Below, one piece after another: positions 47,121 to 56,090 of a stretch of DNA of 64,000 nucleotides (position 1 is the first letter of the stretch; the number at the start of each line of letters is the position of its first letter). The DNA comes from an archaeon (GTDB taxonomy: Archaea > Nanobdellota > Nanobdellia > SCGC-AAA011-G17 > GW2011-AR17). The stretch covers positions 129,237-193,236 of the forward strand of contig JBDRRK010000012.1 of assembly GCA_043825775.1 (NCBI GenBank), given 5' to 3'. The position numbers were made by a program, and so were the translations under genes. The notes under the pieces are model-generated. The model was not told where the DNA came from and made no database searches. It saw nothing but the letters and a program-made list of their open reading frames with translations.

Positions 47121-47365
47121 TATTTTAATTTTAAATATAATTCATATAAAACAATAATTCCAAAAATACTATTCATAATTATAATTGGAAGGCTAGAAAT
47201 AAGAAATCCATACGCTATCCAGAACCCTGTTCCTATTAATGTAGCTAGAATCATATTTAATGCAAGGTCTTGAACTTTTTTGGTCTTATATGATTTGATT
47301 ACTTGTGGAATAAAACTAACCATAATAAAAATCCCACCTAAATAACCTATTATATCTTCGATCAT
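47117..47365 (-). CDS. SemiSWEET (PQ-loop / MtN3-like 3-TM sugar transporter)
   Basis: 82 aa with 3 TM helices and the PQ motif in TM1 (SFIPQVIKSYKTKKVQDLAL). Confidence 0.6.
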   Translation of the reverse strand: MIEDIIGYLGGIFIMVSFIPQVIKSYKTKKVQDLALNMILATLIGTGFWIAYGFLISSLPIIIMNSIFGIIVLYELYLKLKY

Positions 47366-47451
47366 GATATTATGTTTATTTGATTAGAATATAAATTTTT
47401 CTTATTTTTTTTACATACAAATCCACAATTTCTATTAATTTATTTAAGTAT

Positions 47452-47480
47452 TACCTTTTCCGAAACCTGCTATTTAAAAA
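47452..47480 (+). promoter_or_regulatory. archaeal BRE/TATA promoter, island family copy 4 (taccttttccgaaacctgctatttaaaaa)
   Basis: Lies ~20 nt upstream of ATG 47500, consistent with a leaderless transcript. Confidence 0.65.
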
Positions 47481-47499
47481 TCAAAAACCCATTATTTAT

Positions 47500-50400
47500 A
47501 TGGGCTACGATATCCCCCCACCATTAGAACATAAGGAAAAGATAATGTTTGGTTTAACATTCTCACAGTTAGCTTATGCTTTTCCTGCTTTTCTGATTAT
47601 TTTCTTTTTAGTATTTAGAATGAATCTACCCATTACAGTTTCAGGAACAATATCTTTAATTGTTGCATTTACTGCAGCCTTCTTTATGTTTTTTGATGGA
47701 TTGAACAAAATAAGAAACTGGTATAATTATTTCAAGAATCCTCAAGTCAAGGTTTTAAGCAAGTTATTAAAACAAATTGTAGATATCAAGAAAATAAAAG
47801 ATGATGTTGTCCACCAATCTAAAGTTCAGTTAGCAATAATAGAAGTAATACCAATGAACTTCATGCTAAAGACAGAAGAGGAAAAGGAATCAATAATAAT
47901 CGGATTTCAAAAATTTCTTAATTCTTTAGACTTCCCTATTCAAATACATATTTCAAGCAATCCAATAAGTTTAAGTGAGCATTTCAGCTATACAGACAAG
48001 AAAGCAAAGGAAAAAGATTTGAAAGAATTGGTTGATTCATATTGTGGTTTTGTAAGGAAATCAATAGAAGACAATAACATACAGAACAGGAACTTCTACA
48101 TTATAATCAAAGAAAAAGACAACCTTGACATACAGGTAAAGATCTGCTGTGAAGGATTAAAATCTTTAGGATTAAAAATAAAAAGATTGAATGACAAGGC
48201 ACTAACCGAATTGTTTCATAATTATATAGCCAATAAAAAACAAAAGGATTTTCAAGAAGAAGTAAAGGATATAGCTCATTTCTTATTCTCTCCAGAAAAA
48301 ATAATGTTTCATCCTGATCATTTTGAAGTGGATGATACTTTTTGTAGAGTAATTTCAGTAACAGGTTATCCACATTCTGTTGAGATGGGTTTTTTGGATA
48401 AGCTAATAAGTTCTGGAGAAAAATATGACATCAGCATACATATTGAGCCTTTCCCAATTGAGATTACAATGATTGAATTAAATAGGGATTTACAAAAACA
48501 ACAGTCCGATTTATATGCAGATTCAAAAAAAGGCATCATAAACCCATCTTTAGAAATCAAATACAAATGCACAAGAAAAGTTTTAGAGGATTTGCAGAAA
48601 GGTAAACAAAAACTCTTTAATGTTTCTCTATATGTAATGTGCAGAGGAAAGGATAAAAAAGAAATTGATCTGTTAGCAAAAAAAATTAAAGCTGATTTAG
48701 ATGGGTTGATGATACAAAGCAAAGCCCCCATGTTTCAAATGATGGAATCGTATGCTTCAATGCTTCCTCTGGCTAATAATAAATTAAAAGTTAAAAGAAA
48801 TATTCACACAGAAGGATTGGCTGCATTTTTTCCTTTCTCTTCTCCTTTTTTGGATATTGAAAATGATGGTATCTTATTGGGCTGGAACAAGAATAAAATC
48901 CCATTTATCAAGAATGTTTTCAACCTTGCTAATGCAAATGGTATTATCTTAGCTACATCCGGCTCAGGAAAGAGTTATTTCACTAAATTGCTCCTTTCTA
49001 GGCAATATATGAATGGATGTGATATAATAATCATTGATCCACAAGGCGAGTATTTGGCGATCACAGAGCACTATAAGGGCGAGTCTATAACCATTTCCAA
49101 GAACTCCAAGACAATGATTAATCCATTAGATCTGATGGGGCATGAATACCTAGAGAAAAGGCTGTCTTTGATAGATTTATTCAAGATTATGTTTGGAGAT
49201 TTAAACGAGTTACAGCAGTCTATCTTGGACAAGGCCATTGACACGACTTATGAAAATCATGGAATTACAAGGGATGATTACGAAAGCCACGAACCTCCTG
49301 TCATGAGTGATTTATTTGATACTTTGCAGAAATTAGAGAAGACAGCAGTTCAGCAGGAAAAGGTTACTTATAGAGCCTTAATGAATAGGATTCAGATGTA
49401 TACAAAGAAAGGAGTCTTTGGTTTTCTTGATAGAAAAACAGAGATTAACTTTGAAAATAAATTTGTATGTTTTAATATTGGTTCAATGCCTAAACAAGTC
49501 AAGCCAGTTATTATGTTTCTTGTTTTAGATTTTGTTTTTATGAGAATGAAAGAGACAAGTAGAAGAAAATTATTGGTGATAGATGAGGCTTGGGCTATGC
49601 TTCAGACAGCAGAGGAATCCTCTTATGTTTTTGAAATTGTGAAGACTTGTCGGAAGTATAATTTGGGAATGTTAATGATTACTCAGGATGTTGCTGACTT
49701 AGTTGGTTCCAAGGCAGGTCACGCAGTCTTGGCAAACACATCTTATACTTTTCTATTAAGACAAAAGCCTGCTGTGATTCAGAATGTTGCAAGAACTTTT
49801 AATTTAAGCAATGCTGAAAAGGAGTTTTTAATTTCAGCTAAGTTAGGAAATGGTATTTTGATTTTGGAGAATGAACATCAGGAGTTGGAAGTCATAGCCT
49901 CCCCTGTTGAACATGAATTGATAACAACAAACCCTGATGAGTTGATTAAATTAACTGAGAGAAAAAAGCATGAACCTAAAGTTAAAAAGGAATCTGAAAC
50001 AGCTGACTTGGATTTGAACAAGGCAGTATTTTCACCTAAAGGTCTGACAGCTCTACAGGTTAATGTCCTGAACAATCATGAATATGTCTTGAAAAAGTTC
50101 CATGATTTAGAAACTGGACCTCGGCCTTACTATGTCAAGGCCCGCCACCCTGAATCAGTGGATCATACCTTCTTGGTTGAGATTATTGCAGATGAAATCA
50201 AGAAATACACCAAAGAGGTGGAGGTCTACCAAACCAAAAATGCTGACATTATTTTCAAGAACAAAGTCGGCCAGAAAATAGCCTTGGAAATAGAGACTGG
50301 AAAGGAATTTGACAAACATCAGAAAAGACTTGAAGAGAAGTTTGAAAACCTAAGAAAAACCATGGGTGGAAGGGTTTATATAATTTTAACAGATACATCT

Positions 50401-50532
50401 ATAAAAAATAGATACCTTAGATTTAACACTCAAATATTGAGTAGAAATAAAATTAAAGAGTTTGTAAAGTTACAATTTAGTGGAAATAAGAACTCTTATA
50501 TAGGGGGGATTTTAAACTTGACGAGTAGCTAA
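47500..50532 (+). CDS. VirB4/TrbE/CagE-family DNA-transfer ATPase with N-terminal TM helices and a ~190-aa C-terminal extra domain
   Basis: Two N-terminal TM helices (VirB3-like). Walker A ATSGSGKSYFT, Walker B/DEAW box LLVIDEAWAML, then ITQDVADL, at 1010 aa. The C-terminal region has a D-x12-LEIE arrangement reminiscent of PD-(D/E)xK. Confidence 0.8.
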   Translation: MGYDIPPPLEHKEKIMFGLTFSQLAYAFPAFLIIFFLVFRMNLPITVSGTISLIVAFTAAFFMFFDGLNKIRNWYNYFKNPQVKVLSKLLKQIVDIKKIKDDVVHQSKVQLAIIEVIPMNFMLKTEEEKESIIIGFQKFLNSLDFPIQIHISSNPISLSEHFSYTDKKAKEKDLKELVDSYCGFVRKSIEDNNIQNRNFYIIIKEKDNLDIQVKICCEGLKSLGLKIKRLNDKALTELFHNYIANKKQKDFQEEVKDIAHFLFSPEKIMFHPDHFEVDDTFCRVISVTGYPHSVEMGFLDKLISSGEKYDISIHIEPFPIEITMIELNRDLQKQQSDLYADSKKGIINPSLEIKYKCTRKVLEDLQKGKQKLFNVSLYVMCRGKDKKEIDLLAKKIKADLDGLMIQSKAPMFQMMESYASMLPLANNKLKVKRNIHTEGLAAFFPFSSPFLDIENDGILLGWNKNKIPFIKNVFNLANANGIILATSGSGKSYFTKLLLSRQYMNGCDIIIIDPQGEYLAITEHYKGESITISKNSKTMINPLDLMGHEYLEKRLSLIDLFKIMFGDLNELQQSILDKAIDTTYENHGITRDDYESHEPPVMSDLFDTLQKLEKTAVQQEKVTYRALMNRIQMYTKKGVFGFLDRKTEINFENKFVCFNIGSMPKQVKPVIMFLVLDFVFMRMKETSRRKLLVIDEAWAMLQTAEESSYVFEIVKTCRKYNLGMLMITQDVADLVGSKAGHAVLANTSYTFLLRQKPAVIQNVARTFNLSNAEKEFLISAKLGNGILILENEHQELEVIASPVEHELITTNPDELIKLTERKKHEPKVKKESETADLDLNKAVFSPKGLTALQVNVLNNHEYVLKKFHDLETGPRPYYVKARHPESVDHTFLVEIIADEIKKYTKEVEVYQTKNADIIFKNKVGQKIALEIETGKEFDKHQKRLEEKFENLRKTMGGRVYIILTDTSIKNRYLRFNTQILSRNKIKEFVKLQFSGNKNSYIGGILNLTSS

Positions 50533-50609
50533 ATTTGGCTAACAAATGGCTTAATTCTTTAAAATGTAACCTTACAAGTAACTTGACGAGATTAAGAAAT
50601 ATATCCTTT

Positions 50610-51281
50610 TTACTTTGAGCCTTCAATAACAAGATATAAACCCCTATCACTAGTTTCTGCTTGACCCATTCCCTTGATGTAATTTATTTTAAATCCTGCT
50701 TGCTTAATTGCCTTTTCTATATCCTCTTTTGAGTGAAGATATAAAGTAGTATCTGAAAGCACCTTTCTATTACCTAAATCAAAAGTTCCTTTTAGTAGAT
50801 TACCTTTAATTGTATAATCTTTGTAAAAAGTCTTACGTTCCTCATATGTTTCTGGATTAGCAGTAATAATTAGAAACCTTCCTTTAGGTTTTAAGATTTT
50901 AAACATTTCTTTAGCAGCAGAATTTAGATTTTTTAGATGAGACCAAACCCATATAGAAATAATCGCATCAACTGATTCATTTTTTAATGGAACATCATAA
51001 GCATTTCCTTTAATAAACTGTTTATTTGGAGAAGAATAAAGACTCTTTGCACGTTTGAGAAGTGTAAGGGAAGGTTCAATACCAATATACTTAGTTTTTT
51101 CATCTATCAAATCCGAACAATAGCCTTGACCACAACCAACATCACATAAAACTTGAGGTTTTAATTTTTTTAACCACTTTTTAATAAGGGGAATAATATC
51201 CTTTTTTCTAGCCCCTTCTGAATCTGATGCTTCTACCCAATCAATCCATTCCTTTGCTAATTTGTTATTATAACCACTCAT
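50610..51281 (-). CDS. class I SAM-dependent methyltransferase
   Basis: VLCDVGCGQGYCS motif I. Confidence 0.7.
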   Translation of the reverse strand: MSGYNNKLAKEWIDWVEASDSEGARKKDIIPLIKKWLKKLKPQVLCDVGCGQGYCSDLIDEKTKYIGIEPSLTLLKRAKSLYSSPNKQFIKGNAYDVPLKNESVDAIISIWVWSHLKNLNSAAKEMFKILKPKGRFLIITANPETYEERKTFYKDYTIKGNLLKGTFDLGNRKVLSDTTLYLHSKEDIEKAIKQAGFKINYIKGMGQAETSDRGLYLVIEGSK

Positions 51282-51379
51282 AATTATCTATTAAAGGAAT
51301 TAGATTATATAAATAAATCGTTTTTAAACCGAAGAAGATAAGGGTAATATTTATAAATACAAAATCAAAAACACAAATC

Positions 51380-51691
51380 ATGGATAGAGGCAAAAATATT
51401 AATGAATTTGTAGTTGGAGAAATGATGATAGTCCTAACTCCAGAGGAAATCATACCTCGTTCAAAATCACATAGGTTGAGTAAAGCCTTAGGAGATTATC
51501 ATAATTGTCCCTTTACCCTTTACAGATATGGGAATCCTAATCCCGAATCTCTTTCTATGGAAGAAGCAAATAAATTAGTAGAAAAAGGCAGTCATGTTTT
51601 TTGTTGGACTCGTTGCAATTATGGGGATTGTCCTGCTTATGAATCTTATATCTGGAGAACTAATGCTCAAGGCATAATCTCAGAAGCCTGA
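51380..51691 (+). CDS. hypothetical Cys/His-containing protein
   Basis: ORF only. Confidence 0.3.
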   Translation: MDRGKNINEFVVGEMMIVLTPEEIIPRSKSHRLSKALGDYHNCPFTLYRYGNPNPESLSMEEANKLVEKGSHVFCWTRCNYGDCPAYESYIWRTNAQGIISEA

Positions 51692-51741
51692 TCTCCTCTC
51701 AAGCCATCAATTTTATAAATAATAGAAGAATTCTTTTTTGT

Positions 51742-52257
51742 ATGGAAGACTTACACAAAAGGTGGCCTCACAGGTGGCTTACACCAAAAGCAAAACCGGG
51801 AGAATCTACAATACACAGATATGGAATCTTTGCAAATGAAGATATCAAAAAAGGTGAGCCAATTAATGTGTTTGGTGGGCTAGCTGTTCCTAAAACTGAG
51901 ATAGAAGAATACAGAAAAATAATTAGTCATGCAGGAATACAAGTTAGTGATGATTTCTTTATTGTTCCAGCAAGTAATGATGAAATAGTTGAACAGGGAA
52001 TTTTTAATCATTCATGCGAGCCAAATGTAGGTTTTAATTCTAGCGTGACTATGACTGCAATAAGAAATATAAAAGCAGGAGAAGAATTACTTATGAATTA
52101 CGCTTTTATGGAAAGCTTTTTTGATTCATTCGAATGTAACTGTGGTTCTCCAAAATGCAGAAAAGTCATTGATAATAATACTTGGAAAGATAAAGAATTT
52201 CAAGAAAAATACCTTGAATATTACTCTCCATATTTGAAAGAAAAAATTAGGGTTTAG
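51742..52257 (+). CDS. SET-domain protein (protein lysine methyltransferase-like)
   Basis: NHSCEPN and ELLMNY motifs, followed by the Cys-rich post-SET CNCGSPKCRK. Confidence 0.7.
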   Translation: MEDLHKRWPHRWLTPKAKPGESTIHRYGIFANEDIKKGEPINVFGGLAVPKTEIEEYRKIISHAGIQVSDDFFIVPASNDEIVEQGIFNHSCEPNVGFNSSVTMTAIRNIKAGEELLMNYAFMESFFDSFECNCGSPKCRKVIDNNTWKDKEFQEKYLEYYSPYLKEKIRV

Positions 52258-52549
52258 GAAGAAAATCTTTCTGATTAGTTTCTAACTGTTCAACTCTTCT
52301 TTCTAATTCACTGGTTCTAGCATACAATCCAGCTTCACCTAAGCCATACAGAATTGCACCTGCTAAGAAGTAATCTGTAGAATTGTCAATTATCCCAACT
52401 ATCATTGCAGTAGCTCCCATTCCTTTATAAAACATATAACTCCTTTTTGGAGAAAAGAATTTTACAGTGTCTTTTAGTATTTCATAAAGTTGACCCATAT
52501 CTTTGGGGTTTAAAGTAATATTTATAAAGTTTGAGTATCTTTTTTTCAA
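52247..52549 (-). CDS. small membrane protein
   Basis: Two hydrophobic segments. Confidence 0.3.
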   Translation of the reverse strand: MKKRYSNFINITLNPKDMGQLYEILKDTVKFFSPKRSYMFYKGMGATAMIVGIIDNSTDYFLAGAILYGLGEAGLYARTSELERRVEQLETNQKDFLPKP

Positions 52550-52677
52550 CTTCTAATACTCCTCCCCCCCATCTAGAACTAAATTCTGCCCTGTTACAAA
52601 ATCAGCAGTGGTTAGATATAAAATAGCCTCAGCAACAAAACACAAAGTTTTTATATAAAAATATTTTAATTTTAAGG

Positions 52678-53028
52678 ATGTGGAAAAACCTAGCTCCAAA
52701 AATACTTAGACAAAGAGTAATTATAGAAGGAACTACAGAAAAAATTGTAGAACCTGATCAAATAAGTGATTATTTACTTAAATTAGCAGAAGTTGCAAAA
52801 ATGGAAGTTATGAAAGAACCTATTACAAGTTCGGCTCATGAAATGGGTTGGAGTGGTTGGATTCATTGGAAAACTTCTGGAGCACATTTTTATAGTTATC
52901 CGGGGAATCCTGCATTATTTACAGTTGATATGTATACGTGCAAACTTTTTTCTGTTGAAGAAGTTGTAGAATTTACCAAGAAATATTTTAAACCAATTGA
53001 AATAGTCTCCAAAGAGGTTAAAGTATGA
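52678..53028 (+). CDS. S-adenosylmethionine decarboxylase-like (SpeH/class 1b AdoMetDC family, divergent)
   Basis: SAHEMGWSGWIHWKTSGAHFYSYPGNPALFTVDMYTC resembles the SHISIHTWPE...VDVFTCG core, but the canonical ES processing site is not obvious. Confidence 0.45.
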   Translation: MWKNLAPKILRQRVIIEGTTEKIVEPDQISDYLLKLAEVAKMEVMKEPITSSAHEMGWSGWIHWKTSGAHFYSYPGNPALFTVDMYTCKLFSVEEVVEFTKKYFKPIEIVSKEVKV

Positions 53029-53030
53029 TA

Positions 53031-53573
53031 TTATTCTAAGCTATGTATCCTCTTCAAAGCCTCATACTCCTTTCTGCACATCCCTTTAGCCTCAGGAAGT
53101 AATATCTTATCCCAATCCTTCTCCATCTTCTTCAAATTACCTTCGCATATACTCTTAATATCTCTATCTGGATTCTCCCAAAAGAAAATCTCAAAAAATG
53201 GACTCAAAAAGTGTGAAACAGCATCAGCAGAAGCAATTAATTTAACCTCTATCCTATCTTCAGGACTAGGTTTATTATGTTTAAATACACATTCAACAAT
53301 TAAATCCTTATGTGAATAATCCCTTAACATTTCAGAAACAATCTCTGCTCCTGTTTCAGCATGATTATCCAAACCTCTAATCTTTCCAATGTCATGAAGA
53401 TAAACAATCATCTCAATTAATTCCAAATCCAAATAATACTTTTTAGCCAACTCCAAAGCAATCTCTTTCATAGGAACAATATGATAATCCCAATACCAAG
53501 AACTATGCTTAAAATTACTATCAGAACATTCCTTTTTCACTCTTTCCTTAATTTCTTCCAACATTCTAAGCAA
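53031..53573 (-). CDS. HD-domain phosphohydrolase
   Basis: YLHDIGK HD motif. Confidence 0.65.
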   Translation of the reverse strand: MLRMLEEIKERVKKECSDSNFKHSSWYWDYHIVPMKEIALELAKKYYLDLELIEMIVYLHDIGKIRGLDNHAETGAEIVSEMLRDYSHKDLIVECVFKHNKPSPEDRIEVKLIASADAVSHFLSPFFEIFFWENPDRDIKSICEGNLKKMEKDWDKILLPEAKGMCRKEYEALKRIHSLE

Positions 53574-54867
53574 CCTCTCTCAATCTTACATCTTCCAAGC
53601 TTGGATTCATACTTAAGATTTTCTCTACATCAACTTCCATTTCAATACCACCAACTTCTCTAACTACTCTCTTCTGTGTTTCATATAAAAGTTGTAAAGC
53701 ATCAAATGAATCTTCCAAACTAACCGGTAAAGCCACTAATCTAACATGATTATAATCATCCAAATCATCTGAAACTATCCTTATTTCTTCAGAACTGGAT
53801 ATCTTTGAACTTGGGTGAGGAGTATACATACAAGTATAAACCTTAACTCTTTTATCTCTGCCAATCTCAATCATAAAATCAGCATCCTGCCTTAAATCTT
53901 CTTGTGTCTGACCGGGCAGACCTAAAATAAAAGAAGGATTCACAACAAAGCCATAATCCAAAGCCATTGCTATTTTTCTTCTAACCTGCTCTTCTGAAAT
54001 TCCTTTATCAAATGATTGTGTTATTGATTCTACTCCTGTATGTATTTCAACAAATCCAGCAGCTCTTAATAACCCTAAAATCTCCTCATCCAGTTCTGCA
54101 ATTCCTGATTTGGCTTTATAGGTTAATCCCAAATCCTCAGCTTTTATTCTTGCTATTAATTGAACTAACCTCTCCCTATTTTGAGTTAAAGATTCATCCT
54201 TAAAATTAACTTCTGTGAAACCATTATCTCTATAATACCTTAATTCTTCAACAACAGAATCTATTGACCTTAATCTTTGATGATGCTCCCAATGTGGAGA
54301 TACAGTACAAAAATCACATGCATTATTACAACCCCTTGCTGAATAGATTATTCCCTTTACATGTTCCCTATAATCATCCATTGGCAATAAATCATAAGCA
54401 GGTTGTAAATCTATGTTTTCTAATTGTCTTCTTCTTACTCTTGGAACTTCTCCTCGTTCTAAAGCTCTAACTATATCAACTATAACTTGCTCTCCTTCTC
54501 CTTTAACTATATAATCAGCACTTCCAAAAAAATAATCAGGATTGCTCGTAGGAAATATTCCTCCAGCTATTGTTATCTTTCCTAAAGATTTAGCTAACCC
54601 TAATATTTCTCTTGCAGACTTTGCCTCTGCTGTTGAAGCTCCAACACAAACAACATCACTCTCTTGAATATCTTGGGTTATATCATAATCCTGATCTAAA
54701 AAATCTAGTAACCTGTAAGGCTGAATTCTTACTTCTGTTTCTGGAATTTCTTGTCTTAGATAACTTGCTAAAAGAGCATAGTTCAACCTTATTCCTACTT
54801 CTGCCCTTCCTTGAGAATGAACTTTGTTTGGGTATCTTACCTGTGGTTCTGCAAATAAGATTTTCAT
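53566..54867 (-). CDS. B12-binding-domain radical SAM protein
   Basis: N-terminal cobalamin-binding-like region, then CNNACDFC (CX3CX2C). Confidence 0.8.
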   Translation of the reverse strand: MKILFAEPQVRYPNKVHSQGRAEVGIRLNYALLASYLRQEIPETEVRIQPYRLLDFLDQDYDITQDIQESDVVCVGASTAEAKSAREILGLAKSLGKITIAGGIFPTSNPDYFFGSADYIVKGEGEQVIVDIVRALERGEVPRVRRRQLENIDLQPAYDLLPMDDYREHVKGIIYSARGCNNACDFCTVSPHWEHHQRLRSIDSVVEELRYYRDNGFTEVNFKDESLTQNRERLVQLIARIKAEDLGLTYKAKSGIAELDEEILGLLRAAGFVEIHTGVESITQSFDKGISEEQVRRKIAMALDYGFVVNPSFILGLPGQTQEDLRQDADFMIEIGRDKRVKVYTCMYTPHPSSKISSSEEIRIVSDDLDDYNHVRLVALPVSLEDSFDALQLLYETQKRVVREVGGIEMEVDVEKILSMNPSLEDVRLREVA

Positions 54868-55023
54868 AATAGGAGAAATGTAAACATGATTTAAATAATG
54901 GCTTGAGTCGATTTTTTTACAATTGAAGTGTTTTTAGAGGAAAATAAGGTAATTGTAAAAGGGATTTATAAAAGACTGTGACATGGCATTTGTACGCAAC
55001 CTTTAAAACTAAATAAGTCTATC

Positions 55024-55599
55024 ATGGTTTATATGGAGGAAGATCAAATTTTGGAAAATATGTCGGAGTTACAGAAATATATAGTTCTACTCCTAAAAGC
55101 AAATAATAGAGAACTTATTAAAGGTAACACTTGGTTTCAAAAAGAACTTTTTCTTATTTCTAAAAATATTCCTTCCGTAGCTGAAGAAGCCTCTTTTGAA
55201 GCAGATATGTATGGTCCTTTTAGTGAAACTGCTGAAGAAGAACTTGAAGAACTTGGAATGGATGATGTTGTTTTAAAATCTGGAAATAAAGTTTTTTTAT
55301 CAAGTTTAGGAGATAAAATTGCTGCTAAAATAAAATCAAATATATCTAAAGAAGAATTCGAAATGATTTCAGAATTTAAGACCTTATTAAATGATTTGAA
55401 TCCTGAAGAAGTATTGACTTTAATTTATTTTACTTTTCCTAATATGACTCAAGAGTCTTTAGTTTTGGACAATATCAAGAAGCATAGAAAAAAAATAGCT
55501 ATAGAGTTATACAAAAAAGGAAAAATTAGTCTTCAAAGGGCATCTGAAATTGCAGATTTGCCTTTAGAAATTTTTGTTGAGGAGATTAAAAACATATGA
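55024..55599 (+). CDS. Panacea (DUF4065/SocA-like) domain protein, putative antitoxin
   Basis: LQKYIVLLLKANNREL ... DMYGPFSE, paralogous to 40422-40856. Confidence 0.5.
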   Translation: MVYMEEDQILENMSELQKYIVLLLKANNRELIKGNTWFQKELFLISKNIPSVAEEASFEADMYGPFSETAEEELEELGMDDVVLKSGNKVFLSSLGDKIAAKIKSNISKEEFEMISEFKTLLNDLNPEEVLTLIYFTFPNMTQESLVLDNIKKHRKKIAIELYKKGKISLQRASEIADLPLEIFVEEIKNI

Positions 55600-56090
55600 A
55601 AATTACTGATTCTTCTTGCTTAATCTGTATATTTGTAGAGATTGAAAAACCATTTATTCTGCTTAATTGGATAAAAAGAGGATATAAAATTGTTATTCCT
55701 CATCAAATATTTAAAGAATTACAAAAAAATAAAAAAACTTTTGAGAAAGTTAAACCAAAAATAAATGAAGGATTAATTACACTACAAAAATTAATAAATG
55801 AAGAAGATATTATAAAATTTAGAAATAGACATCCTCAACTTGGAAAAGGAGAAATATCTGTTATATTAACAGCTATAATGTTAAATAAACAAAAAAAGAG
55901 ATATTATGCAGTAATAGATGATAAAAATGCGAGAAAGATAGCTCAAAAATATAATATTCAACTCACAGGAACATATGGTTTGTTGAAGACATTAAATGAT
56001 AAAAAAGTTATTTCAAAAAAAGAGTTCACTGATTGTAAAAAAGCGATGCAAGATTCAAAATTTAGGATAAATTTTGATAAAATAAAATGA
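55596..56090 (+). CDS. PIN-like nuclease domain protein (putative toxin)
   Basis: KITDSSCLICIF (D5), KELQ (E41) and AVIDDKNARKIA (D108/109) follow the spacing of PIN catalytic acidics. The ATGA overlaps both neighbours. Confidence 0.4.
   Translation: MKITDSSCLICIFVEIEKPFILLNWIKRGYKIVIPHQIFKELQKNKKTFEKVKPKINEGLITLQKLINEEDIIKFRNRHPQLGKGEISVILTAIMLNKQKKRYYAVIDDKNARKIAQKYNIQLTGTYGLLKTLNDKKVISKKEFTDCKKAMQDSKFRINFDKIK

Noticed and set aside
50512-50596. 10-bp direct repeat aacttgacgag, once inside the VirB4 stop region and once 60 bp downstream, considered as a right-end att site of the element
   Set aside because: Too short to be statistically meaningful in 64 kb of AT-rich DNA, and no matching copy was found near the left boundary at ~30.8 kb.
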